NCBI GenBank assembly: GCA_013115145.1
Contig: JAAPAO010000020.1
Span: forward strand, 62,001 to 126,000
From: Perkinsus chesapeaki ATCC PRA-425
Lineage: Eukaryota; Protista; Perkinsozoa
Direction: 5' to 3'
DNA: 64,000 bases
Shown here one piece after another: positions 45,733-58,104 of this stretch. The notes beneath the pieces are model-generated. The model did no database searches and was not told the DNA's origin. It was given only the letters and a program-made list of their open reading frames with translations. Position 1 is the stretch's first letter. The number at the start of each line of letters is the position of its first letter. The position numbers and the translations under genes were made by a program.

Positions 45733-48700
45733 TTAACAAACACAAGTGGCGGGGGTGGATCCGCGGAAATATATCAACAAGAGGCTACAATTTACGTAGA
45801 GTACTAGGGAAGTGTGGAAAGGAGCCTCGAGGGTATAGTAGGAGGACTGGGCGGGGGGGGTGGGGTATGGTAACAGGTAATGGTACAAAGGCAGCAACAG
45901 CAAAAGGTGGAGGAATGACAACAATGGCACTCAGAAAAGTCTAATGTGGTTTACGTTGCCAGGCCGATCTCCCCTTGCCAGGAGAGCCTCCTCCTCCTCC
46001 ACCACCGGCTGCTGATGATGATGAAGCAGGCCATAAATCCCCTCCACCATAATGATCCCAACCGCCACTACGATCGCCCCAAGAATTGGCTCCTATAGGC
46101 CTGAGACAGTAACAATAATAACAGAGTTAATAACCGCTTATTACCCCGAATCAGTGGCGTCACCGATACTGGAAGCACTCTTCTTTGCCCGGCGTCTCCT
46201 GGCCACAACGCTCCTCGACCGGCTGGCACTGTCACTGTCATCCCTTCGTCTCCTCCTCCCGCCTCCTCGGGGTGATGACCGTGAACCCTTGTCTGGGCTC
46301 CGGTAGTACATCCTGTTTCTTTCCCTATCATCATTCCTCCGTCTCGCTGGTGGTGTCCGGCTCCGAGATGACCTAGCCGTGCCCCTCACCGATGCCCCTC
46401 CACCAGACCTGGCTGCGCTGGCGCCCCGCCTCAGTGCCTCTCGAGGATCCCCTAGAGCAGGCTCTGCAGAAACAGACGATGGCCCCCCACTAGCAGGTCG
46501 AGGGGCCACTGGGGCCGCTGGGGTCGCTGATAATAACATATGATTGCTGCACCGCTGCCGTATGAGCGAAGTGAGCTCCACAATTGCCCGAACGTCTCCT
46601 TCGGTGAGGGCTACCTCGGGTATTCGAGGAGCGCCGCCGCCGACCGGTACTGGCTGGGGTGCTGCCATAGCGACCCCCAGCGCTTGTTGTTGCTGCTGCA
46701 TCGATGGCATAGTGTCGCTCACTGCCGCTGGGGACATCTCCGCATTACCCTGTATACCGCTGTAGGCAGATACAGCCGTGGCTGGTGTGGCGGCCTCAGT
46801 ACTAGGTATCCCCGATGGGCTCGGCCCTGCTACTGCTGCTGCTGATGGGGGTGAGATGGCGGGGCTCATAGGACTAGCTGGTCGTCGGTTGTTAAGCCAA
46901 GATGCCTCCCTAGCAGCCGACATGGCCGCCCGAGCGATAGCCGGTGACATCTGCGAGGGCAAACTAGTACCAGTTGGTCGTTCGAGTGGTCGGCTAGAGG
47001 ATGGTGGCCTCCGTGGATCGCCTTTAGGTGGTTGTTGTTGCTCCTCTTCTACCACTGGGGACTTGGGGCCCTGCTGCGCCTCGGCAGACGTCGGCCTCGA
47101 GTCACTAGCATGATGATGCAGATATTGCTCGTAGCTGGAAGACCAGTTCCGTGGCTGCCGACTAGCAGCAGCCCAACTAGTAGCTGCTGCTGTTGTTGGT
47201 GGTCCCCGATGTAACGGCCACTCCACCCCAGCAGGCCCTCCCTTCTTTGGCCCCCACTCTCCGCCCTTGTACTTGGACCACTCTGGCCCTCCTCCTCCCT
47301 TTCCCCATTCCCCAGCTGATCCTTTATAATGTCCCCATTTGCTAGCGGCCGCCGGCTGCCTATGATGATGGTACTGCTGCTGCTGTTGCTGCCATCTCGA
47401 TCCAGCGCCCTTCTGCCCCCCTCCTCCTGCTGCTGATGCGGCCATCATGTGCTGGGAATGAGGAGCATAGGAGGAGAAGGTGTACTCAGGATGCGGAGCC
47501 AGCCGTGGAAGTGACTCGAAGGGTAGGTATATCTGAGAGGCCCAGCCTGTTGCCCCCCCACCACCATCTACTGCACTACCTTCATAATACCCTGGGCCCT
47601 CCGCTGCGGCTCAGTCTCCCCCAGTAGGCCTCGAATGCCCACTCTATCTGAACAATGGCACCAGCCAGTAGCCCTCCTCAGGCTCCTCCTCCGCTTACTT
47701 GTGTCCGTCCCTGTGACCGCCGCCGCTGCCCCAATGCTAGTATGCGGCACTGCATCCCGCCAAGTGGGCAGTTCAGCGTCCAGTTGGGCCTCCACGTCCG
47801 AAATCAACACTCCCACCCCTCCGGCAAAGCCTTGGCCTCGAGATTCGAAGTTCAGTCGCACCTAATACGCCACGGAATAGAACTAGGAAATGCCCCGAAG
47901 TAGCTCACCGTAGTGATGACGTGACGTCGCAGCTGCACGGAAGGGTCACCGTCGGACTCCTTCGCACCGTTGCCTGATGCCTTCACGGCCTCCAGGGCTG
48001 CTGCCTGGTTGATCTCATAATGATTGTGCAACACCTGTCCCCGAATCTGAACCATGACCCCAAACCACTCTTCGCTTACATGCTCTGGTTGCTGGGCTGT
48101 CAGCAAGTTGGAGGCCGCCTGTTGATAGGTGACATGCCGAGCCCATGGGACAGCCAGGAGGGTCCGTGCCTCCGAGCACTTACTGCACACCTGTCTCGAA
48201 GAGAAGCTCGGGTAGACCGTGAAGCAAGAGGGGCAGTAACCCGACGGAAAACCTGACAACGTCACTGGCCATGTGGAGGGGCGGCAGCGTCCACTAGCCT
48301 ACAGACGCTCGCGGCCTGGCCTTGGCGAGACCCTCCGACGACCCAGTGATCCGGACCAACGTGGGCGAAACGGCTACATGACAGCGACACCTGATGAAGG
48401 TACTGGAGCGATGCCATCTGGAGGGAAGGCCAACCTTTAAAGGCTCCCAATTCGTCTGGGAGTCGCCAGCAAATCTTAGAAACTCCGCGTACTCCGGCGG
48501 CACGGGTATCTCGAAGCCCGCTATCGGTATGGGCGTATGAGGGCTGTTGGCCATCGGAGGGTAGAAGGCCTAAACGATAGTGAGCGAGGCTATAGGGTGC
48601 TCCGAGTACGAGGCGGCTGGCATGGACCAATGAGCTCCGGCCAGATCCTTTAAGGCCGTAATAAAGGAGGGAGTGTGTATCGGCAGATGCCAGCTTGATA

Positions 48701-51700
48701 TGGGGAGGCAGAAGTGGAAGGTTGCCCTCCTCATGTGGGGTCGCTGATAGGAATATTGTGGCGCAGTGACGCTTCACTCTACTACTACCATTAACATATA
48801 TAACTGCATATTGCATCTTGCCGCTATCATCGGTCATTGTGGCTACAGTGGTGTAGCTGCACCCCAGGCTGCCGTGAAGGAGACCATTCGGGGCAGGCGG
48901 ACGGCCGGCAATCACGCAAAGGTACTGTCACCACCACATTAGCCACACCCCTCTGGCACAAGCTTACCCCAATACACAGAGTCTGCGTCCGAGCCTGCTC
49001 CCTTAGGAATCCGTTGGTGGCCGCCGAAAGACCAAAGAGACATAGACCTGACCCAAGGGCCGCGGAATCATCATCAACGGTGGTGATGGGCTTTTTCCTC
49101 CTCCTACCGCTGTATTCCTCATCGATGACGCCAGCAATGAGTTCTACCTCCTCTGGCCGGCAGGCTCCATCTCCCTCCTCGGCTGCTATCAGAGCCCTCG
49201 CCCAGGCAATAGCGGTGTCTACGGAACACCCAACTGGCTTGACACAAAGCATGAAGGTGTCGGCTCTGTGATGCAGCTGAAAACAAGGAGATGAGCTGGA
49301 TAGAGGGACCCTGGACTTACAATGGGAACCTTGCCAGTCGGCATAGGATAGGTCACAGTCTTCTCGCCAATGTCAGACCCCAGACCCTTACCCCCCGCAG
49401 CCTCGATGCTGATAGGAATGCAGCCATTGCCACCGCCCCGTTACCCGAGTCATGTCTTACTCCCTATCTGCCTTCGACTTCTTCCCTTTTTTGTGTTTCA
49501 TTTTCTTTCCTTCATGCTTCTTCTTTTTCTTCCGCCTCTTAACAGCGGCGGTCACTTCATCCTCCTCCCCATCCTCATCATCGCTTGAGTCTCCATTGCC
49601 CGCTGCCGATGCTTGCCGCTTCCTCTTGCCTGACCACCCCATCCTACGTCACCCATCAACTACCCCACTTACCCGCTCTCTCTGGTGCTTCCTCTACCTC
49701 AGCATCTACCTCAGCCGGTTGGCCCCGGCCCGCCACCTTCGAGAGTTTCATCGGCTCCTCAGCCTCGTCCTTAAGTGCACTTCCTCTTCTCTTAGCTGCT
49801 GACTTTGCTGGGGTCCTCGAGTGTTGGCCTACACATAACCATCTCTACCACTGTATGTGGTGCTCACTAACCTCCTCCTTCAGCAGCAGTAGCAGTAAGC
49901 CGAGTCTTCTTCTTCCTAGGTGTCTTTGCCTCTCCTATCCGCCCTTCCCCAGGTTCCTCTGCATCCTCAATATCAATATCAGGTGTGTCTCCTTCATCTT
50001 CATCATCCGAGAACAGCCCTGCCACACTGACACACTGACGCCAGTGGCTAGCTCCCACCACTACCTTTGGATGGCCGGCCTCTTCCCTTTTTCTTAGTCA
50101 CCTTGGCCGCAGCAGTCTTGCTGGCCTTGCCTTTAGTAGCTTTCCGTCTACCGCTACCCTTCTCACTGCCAACCACACTCCCCTCCATCTCAGCAGCCTT
50201 CTTCAATGTCCTCTTTCCCTTCAGCTTCCCCTTAGCCCCCTCCGCTTCCTTCTTCACCACCCCCGACTTCACCGCCGCCGTGGTGCTCTCAGCCTGACCA
50301 GCCTCCACCGCTGCCACAAAAGCTCTCATCAACCTGCGTTACCTTCACCACCGGAGCTGGCGCTTCCTTCTTCGGCTTCCCCTCTTCCTCCTTCCCCTGC
50401 TGCTGCTCTTGCTGCTTAGCCTTGATGGCCACCTGGACATGTCCTCCCCCGGCTCAGATGTAATGGTCTCACCTCAGCTGCTGCTGCTGCTGGCGCTGTC
50501 TGTTGGTCCGCTTTCACCTTCATCTGTTGCCTATGCTTCGCTGCCAGCATTGCCTGCTTCCTCTGCTCTATCCTTGAGTTGGCCTTCGGTCTTGCATGCC
50601 CCCTGGGATGCTCCAAGGCCTAAGCGCCATTCCTACTACTCACCCCAGCAGTATCCCATGCCTTACCGTATGTGATATCGCGGTTACACCCGCCGCCGCG
50701 GCCGTCCGCAGTGTTGGGTCCATCGACGACGACGACGACGACGACGACGCTGCTGCTGAGGTCAGAGCGCTCTGCTGCTGTTGAACTATGGAGGTAGCCG
50801 CCTATTCGAGAGACGTAGAGGAGGGAGCGGTATGGAATCTCCTACTGGCATGAACGACATGTCCGGCATTTTCGGCGGGGCAGGGGACACTGTCGGAGCC
50901 GTGGAAGGACCTCGAGCCCGAAAGATAACGCCGCAAGTCGGCCGCACTAGGACCACCTACTACCTTGGTCCTCCCCAGGCTGACGTGCCGCTGCTGCTAT
51001 GAGCTCCTCCTGCCTCTTGGCTCTCATGTCCGTGTACATGGTAGTCCGAGCCCTCTTCCTCCTAGCATCGGTAACCGACACCGAGGTTCCAGACCATCGA
51101 CTGCCTTCCTTTCGAGCCACAGCCTTCATCTCCTCCGGTACCTTAGAATGACCTCTACCTCACCAAGCCTTACCCACTGGCACCCTCTACCTCAAGCAGG
51201 CGTGTGGCAGGCTCCCAGTCACCAAGTTGGACATCTGCCCCCTTCCATTTCACATAGTACCTATTGACAACCAACACTGCTCGATCTCCTCCTCCGCAGC
51301 CTTCTGCGCCTGCATATTACCGATCGTTTGGCTCATCCCAGTCCAACAGGCACTCTACAGCATCAACACTAACCTGTGCCACCTCCACGTTCCCTGAGGG
51401 GCTGGGATCGCTATCAGTAGCCAGAGGAAGTCCCCTCGAACTTGTTCGAGACTCGGAGCTCGAGTTGCCTCCGGTCGTCCCTTGCTGCTGCTGCTGTCGA
51501 CTACCCCGTCTGGTGCCCCCTTTAGACTGCTGGTGCTGCTGGCGTGCTGGTGGTGGTGGCGACCCCAAGGAGGGTGTGGCAGCCGAATCGACCAAGAGCA
51601 GGTTTTGGTTGTCCATGACCCAATCACAGGGGTCCTCGCAAGACTTCCCAGGGAGCTCGGAGCAGACGAAGATCTGGTCCCGGCCTTCCTTAGCTTTTGC

Positions 51701-53107
51701 CAACTCAGGCGAGATCATCCTCCACCGTCGACACGAGTCACACTGTACCCAGCTGTTGATCATGCTTGGCGACAGAGGTTCAGGAGGTGCCGATGCTGCC
51801 TTCAGCTTAGGAGTGGTGCCCCCCTTCCGGGGCCTCCCGATCTTCCCGGCTCCCGCTCGGGCGCCTCCTCCTGCTGCTGCCTTCGAACCTGTCGTCTTGG
51901 CCTTGCCCGCTGCAGTCGGTGCCTTCTTAGGGCCCACCGCTGGACTCGACCGCTTCCCTGTTGTTGCCGGCTCAGTCGACTTCTTCCCTTCTGGTTTAGC
52001 TCTTGAGGACCCTCCTCCTTCTTGAGCTGCCTCGGCAATGCTGCCAGAGGCATTATCGTCAGCCTTGGCCATAGCTACATCACCATTGTCTTCATCATCC
52101 TCTGACGGACTCACTTGCACCGGTATCAATGGGAGCAGCTCCACCGTATCGAGCTGGGATGTTATCCAATCACAGGGGTCATCACAGGACATGCCTAGGA
52201 AGGAGCTGCATGTTACACTAGAAGGAGAGTAGGGGTGATGTGCCGCTGCTGCTGTTGTTGCCTTTGCGCCACGGCGGCCAGACGACCGAGGCCGTAGCCT
52301 CCACTTCCCACAGTCAGCGCATCTAACAAACTCTCCACCGTTACCAGAGGCCTTCCTGTTGTAGATGACAGAGCCATCCTCAAGACGTTTCAGGCCCCTA
52401 TGCCGGAGGTCCTGGTCTGAGCTCGAATCGTACAGCAGCTCAGAGCTCACATCAATAGCCTTCCCGTCATCCTTGTAGGGCCTCGTCGGTATCCATTCTG
52501 GGCCCACCTTAACTTCAACCGCGGCTGGGTCTGCTGTACTATCGTCCACGGGCTGCTCCTCTGACGGAGCCGGTGTTGCTGAGACCGGCACCGGCTCCGA
52601 TGAAGGAGCATCTACCATGTCAGGGTCCACCCCCAAAAGGGATAATATCAAACGCTGGTTCGCATCATCGAAGGCCTTACTACCAACCACGTCCCGCTTC
52701 GAAGCATCAGGGCCACCCAGGTCGGCTGAGCAGGGCGAGCGGCTAAGAGGCGGTTGCTGCTGCTGCTGCTTCGGTGATGACTGCAGACTGGCCAAGTTCA
52801 TGACCAAAGCTGATCCTCCGTAGGGAGCTACAGCCAATGGAGGCGCTGCTGCTGCTGCAGTAGAGACCACACTGGCAGCAGCCGCTCGCTCTAATGAGGG
52901 CATCATTACCCCCGATGGGCCTTCGCCTAAGACGTTAGTGGCCAGTACTGGTCCACCACTACCTGTTGCTGCTGCAGCAGCTGGTGATGATGGTACTTCG
53001 GTCAATGGTGATAGAGAAGGAGCTTGGTCTTCCTCCTCTTGCTGCGTACTACTTGTTGACGGCAGAGGAGGAGGAGGTGGCTCATTGCCACCGCTGTCAT
53101 TGCTCAT
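45733..53107 (-). CDS. Very large putative chromatin protein: two CW-type zinc fingers, K/E-rich region, unidentified globular region, C4 zinc ribbon, P/S/R-rich tail (could be two genes)
   Basis: CW1 FVRCADCGKWR...TCSSFLGMSCDDP; CW2 WVQCDSCRRWRMI...FVCSELPGKSCEDP; AT-hook-like KIGRPRK and KGRGRP; in-frame joins at 49460-49250 (ADRD..KVPI|LHHRADTFMLCVKP); CPSC..CSKC at ~48150-48235; RS-like tail in ORF 46141..47448. Confidence 0.6.
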
Positions 53108-53279
53108 TAACTCAAGAGGAGCTACACAACACCACCAATACCACCACCGCCACACCGACAGCTGCAGCGGCAGCCCACCCAACAGCAACACCCCTTCTTA
53201 CTAGAAACACTCCAATGGTAACAATGTAATATACGTTGAAGCAGCAGCGATGGTTGAAGAGGCGGCGGCGGTGGCCCTA

Positions 53280-56200
53280 CTACTTCCTCCTGGCCTTCTC
53301 TGCCAGCTCCGTCGCCGAGATGAGGGTGTAGTCTCCGGTCACCGTGGGCTTATAGAACAGCTCGTTGTCCCGCCAATACACCGACCCAACGTTCCCGAAT
53401 TTGTACACTTGTCGCCCATCAACCCTCATCCCCGGTTTCTGGACCAGAGGGACATCCGGTGCCAAATCTTCGAGGACGTCTCCAAGGTGGACAGCGACAG
53501 CGTGAGAGCTGAGGCCCGTTGACATCTCCGGTGGGAGGCCATCATTAGGACCACCCTGACAGGTACAGTACGCGACCAACCACTAGAGCAGCAATGGCAT
53601 CACTACCTTGCCGTTGGCGCCTGCATCGGAGCTCCCCTCCTTCTCCTCCTCGTCCTGTATTCCTTCCATCAGACTGTCCTCCCTGCCAGTCAGTGCCCTC
53701 CTTATAAGATACAAGCCTTGAACCAAGGCATTCCTAGTGGACCCAGCCTCGGCGACTGGACCCAGTAGAGCCCTCCAACCTCGGTACCATTGCAGTACCT
53801 GGAGCCGTTACACCACTGGCCTCCTCCCCTTCGATGCACTACCTCCCCAAAGCGGATATCATTCTTTTGCTTAAGCCATCTTCGCAGTGCTGCTATCCAA
53901 TTCGTCGACATGAGAGCATCACCAATCAGCTTGCTGCAGGCAGCGGTGGGGACGGTACCATCCCTCGCCCAGTTAACGCATTCTTGTATAATATCACCCT
54001 AAACAACAGGAACCACCTTTACCCACCTAACACAGCCGCTGCCACTACATGCTCCTGGTTGGCCGGATTGACCTGAACTCGTCTGAGCTTCTCGCCCAGG
54101 TCACTACACATTCTCAGCTGCAGCTGCTTGTAGTCCCCCGGCGGTAGCGTCCCCTTCCAGTCTAGCAAAGCCATCTATACCTCCACCGCAGCTTATTAAA
54201 AAGCTTACCCTTCAGATTGGTTGGAAGCTGGTCCGGTCGAGAGGACAGGGCCGGTCGTATGTGCTCGGAGACCAGTAGCTTCCACGAGGCCTCTGGCACT
54301 ACCTCCACCAAGGGCTTCACCAAGGCGAACCTGACCAGAGCAACCTGCTCACGAGGTTCCCGAGCCGACGTACAACAAGTCAGGAGGTGCCCTGGCTATC
54401 CTGTCAACCAGTGATGGCATCACCGCACGCACGAACAGTGCGCTGTATCTGACAGACTCGACCATCATGGAGAGATGACCTCCTCCCGAAGCCGTACACG
54501 TATGGAGATGACACCTGCTGGAGCGAGTCCAAAAGGGCAACTAGGTCCGTCAGCGATGGGCTGTTGGAGCACAAACGTTGAAGATGGGGGCATACAACGG
54601 AGCAGAGGAACCTGGCATGGTCATTACCACCCCTGCTCTCATGCGCTGCCTACCGGTCCACATCAGAGTCCTCTAGGATGACATCCTGGACAAGGAGCCC
54701 GAGGATCCTATTGAACCTGCGGCAAGGCTAGAGCTAAATTTACGTTAAGGACAAAGGCTCTACTCGTCGGCAGTGGTGGCTCTAGAGAGCTCCTTCTGGC
54801 CTAAGGCTGCCGCGGCCGCCAGCAGTACCGAATCCCCATCGACTCGATACCACACTCGACCTCTATCAGCATACTCATCCCTGAGCCTCGAAGAAGCCTC
54901 CGATAGCTGAGCCACACTGTGGCACCCTTGCATGGTCGATCGGAGCTGAGGTATAATGCTACACACCATTCGAATAGCCATCAGCAGCAGCAGCAGTACC
55001 TCAGCCTCCAGGGCCGATGTTGTCCTTAGGTCCTCCTCAATATCCCTCTTATCTGGCAAAGCCTCCGAGTCATTCTTGGCCCGCTCGATCGACGCCTCGA
55101 TAGCTGCCCGCCGTCCGACCTTACAGATGAGGCAATGATCAATACGACGTGAATGCCCTTGGGAAACCCTTAGCCATCCACCGTGGTGCATCCCTAGAAT
55201 ACACGCGCAGCGAGCAACGTTGATAGTATTGTCGACTACAGTACTGGGGGCCAGTGAGAACTGCTACGTTAATATACAAGGTTAGGCAGGAACCGTGATC
55301 AGGTGGCATTGACAAGGTAAACCACGACCGGTATGAACAAGCCAATACGGATCCCAGAGCAGGCTCGGATGACATATATCCCATAAGGGACAGCTCCCAC
55401 AGTAGGCAGCCCTTACACCGATAGGACTACTACCAGATCGTCCACTTTCTCCTGTTGCATCTTAAGCATCTCGACCGCATTATGTCGGAGCTCTCCCAAG
55501 TGCACTGGCCCTTCTGATCGTTCCCGTGCTGCCGTCACCGCAGCCCCGAGATCCCCGACTACTTGAGGGCCCATTGGCCCTGTCATGTCAATGACTCTAG
55601 ACGTCATTGGCACTAACATCAACAATGTCACCTCTTCAGCAGAGGCCATTCCCTACCTGGCGCCTGGTGCAACCCATCCCCAAAGGCAACTGACTTTGAC
55701 GCTGTCGTCCGTCGCTGAGCCTCCCTATACTTCTTCGAGCCCTTCTTCCAGCCTTCGTTCCTCTCTTTATTACCCTCGACCTACCAAACCATCCACACCA
55801 CCACCCATCACCGCGCCTACTACTACCGGTCGTGGTGGTCCCTCGGCCAAGTTAATGATATCAAGGGCGCTTGCTCCGCCTTTAACGCGTCGAGTAGCAG
55901 CCTTGTGCCCGAACAAGTCCTGGTTCACCTGAGCCCATCTCTATGGCCCCGGCATCGACCCAAAAACGGCCGACCTTCTCACCAGTGTCCTGGAGGGCCT
56001 CGTTCTTCCTCCTAACCTTCACCTCGATCGGGTTGGCAATACCCTGCTCATTCTTGCCTAGCCCTCCCCCCTTAAAGCCCATCTTGGCCAACATAGCATA
56101 ACCTACACCGTACCTGCCTCAACTCCAACCCCGCCCTCAGCGGACGACTTAGCCCTACTTCGATTTCATCTCCGATTTAGTCATATAGTTGATTGAGGTG

Positions 56201-56732
56201 CCGTTCCTATCCTCCCCCTCGGGCTCCATGCCCTGCTTGAGGTCGAACTTAGGGTCGAACGACGGTCCCATCTGACGACACCAATCCACGCGCCCCCCCT
56301 TCGGTGGCCTCCTACTACTGGCTGCTCCTCCTTGGCCGGTCCCTCCTCCTGGGCCTCCTGCTTGGGCTGCTTCTTACCGAGCACGAATGCCACCTTTGGA
56401 GCCGCACCACTCGATGATCCCTATCGACCAGTTCACGCCGCACTTAATAGCAGCTCAAGCCGTACCATCGCCCCTCGGCCGCGCCGGCTTCCCCTCTTCA
56501 TAGGAGACCCCAGCCCCGTGTGTTCCAGACCTAAACAGATCGCCGATCGGCCTCCTTACCCGAGACCATTGGTCCTACTCTCCAGTATGTCCTGGTCATA
56601 GTCCTCAGGGCTGCTATCTGGGTAGGAGCCATCCCCTCCACCATCAGATGACTGGTCTTCACTGCCATCACTGTCGTACTCTCCTATGAGATCCGGACCT
56701 TTCCGTCGCCTAGTCCGGACCTGCCCAACCAT
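53280..56732 (-). CDS. TFIP11: Tuftelin-interacting protein 11 / Ntr1 spliceosome disassembly factor (G-patch + GCFC); start approximate
   Basis: G-patch [28 protein letters not shown]; SRVIDMTGP...[12 protein letters not shown]; C-terminus [37 protein letters not shown]. Confidence 0.85.
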
Positions 56733-56789
56733 GAGGACAACTGCACGTCCCATTGGCAAGTGGTAGCTTAACGCAAAAGGGGGAGGCAT

Positions 56790-57878
56790 CTAGTGTATGA
56801 GACTCAACAAGAAGAAGAAGAAAGAGCATCATGCAGCACTCATCAACCGAACCCTACGCCACCAAAAAGATCCACCTCGATCAGCATTCGGCCGGTCTTG
56901 TGCACTCCGACAACAGCCTGAGAGATGCATCCCAAATGCCGCGCTTCAACGTCAAGGACCTGAGCCAGGGCGGCGATAGACTCCACCGTGGCTGAGTTCC
57001 CATTCAGAAGAATGGCTGCCAGACACGGAAACTCGCCACAGCCAATTCGACGCGCTAAGGTGTGGATGGTCCCGTCACCAATAGGGTTACCTGAGACGCA
57101 TTGTGGCGGCCTTAATACCAAGGCTACCTCGCAAAGAGAGAAGGTTGAGGCCATCGGACGGCAGGGCCTCCACGAGCCTCTGGCCCAGTTCATCCTGGAT
57201 GCCCGCGAGGGAAGCGTCCAAGTGGCGGAGGTGAGCAAGCGAAGTAAGTGCCTCAACGAGGGAGGTCCAGAGAGGGGCGCTTTTAATGCCGGCAACCGAC
57301 AGGAAATCTACACGCGATCCAACGCTGATGGCCGTTATCGTAGTGAAGGCAACTGAAAGCCATTTAACGCCTTTCGTATAGGCAACCCTCCGCAGCTTGT
57401 AGCAGCCATGAAGATCTAGTGACTCCAATGAGTCAAGATTAGTAACGTCGCATTCCTCCAGATGATTGAGCCCAAGACGGAGCTGTCGGATGCCTCCGGG
57501 CAGCCTGGGCATCTGAGTAATAGCGCATCTTGTCAAATCCAAGTGGCACAGACGTCCGAGGTAGAAGAGATCCACAGGCCCAGCGAGAGGGTTGTCGCTG
57601 ACATGAAGAGCCTCGAGGCCTGGAGGCAACAGGGGAATGGTATTCAGTCGGTTTCGAGAGATATCTAGAAGCTTGAGCGAGCTTAGCTGCGGCAGACGGT
57701 GGAGGATGCCATAGTGAAGAGGGCTCCGTCTAAGTACGGCCCTCATGGAGAGCTCCTCAATATCTCCATCGAAGTCCATGACCATGCTACCATCCATATC
57801 GATGGCCATGATCCTTCCCTCGTTCGGGTGAGGGAGGCAGGGATGGCCTGTGGGCTGCTGCTGGCCTGGGGTTAACAT
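56790..57878 (-). CDS. Leucine-rich repeat protein
   Basis: LSSLKLLDISRNRLNTIP; LEALHVSDNPL; LCHLDLTRCAI; IRQLRLGLNHL; LESLDLHGCYKL; LRHLDASLAGI. Confidence 0.85.
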
Positions 57879-58104
57879 TAAGCTGACATGGTGTCAAGGC
57901 ACTGTAAGGAGGCGCGGTAACCGCAAGAGAGAGATTGATCGCAATGCCTTAACGTGAAAGGAAAGGCGGAAGGATTCCACGAGGTACCCCAACAGCCACA
58001 GCTGCATATTTGGACCACAACTTTCGCCAGACCGATCGATTTTGTGGCGCTAAGGGCGTGCGTGCATTTTTGGTAGCACCGTCGTCGTCGGCCTCCTCGA
58101 TGAT

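Noticed and set aside
48620-48680. Walker-A-like YYGLKGSGRSS in ORF 48262..48915
   Set aside because: A plausible 61-nt intron just upstream shifts translation to another frame (RPHMRRATFHFCLP...). The motif also has R in place of K, and no Walker B is evident.
50726-50748. (GAC)7 microsatellite and many CAG/GAG runs at 46-53 kb
   Set aside because: They encode poly-Ser/Gln/Ala/Glu low-complexity tracts of the large CW protein.
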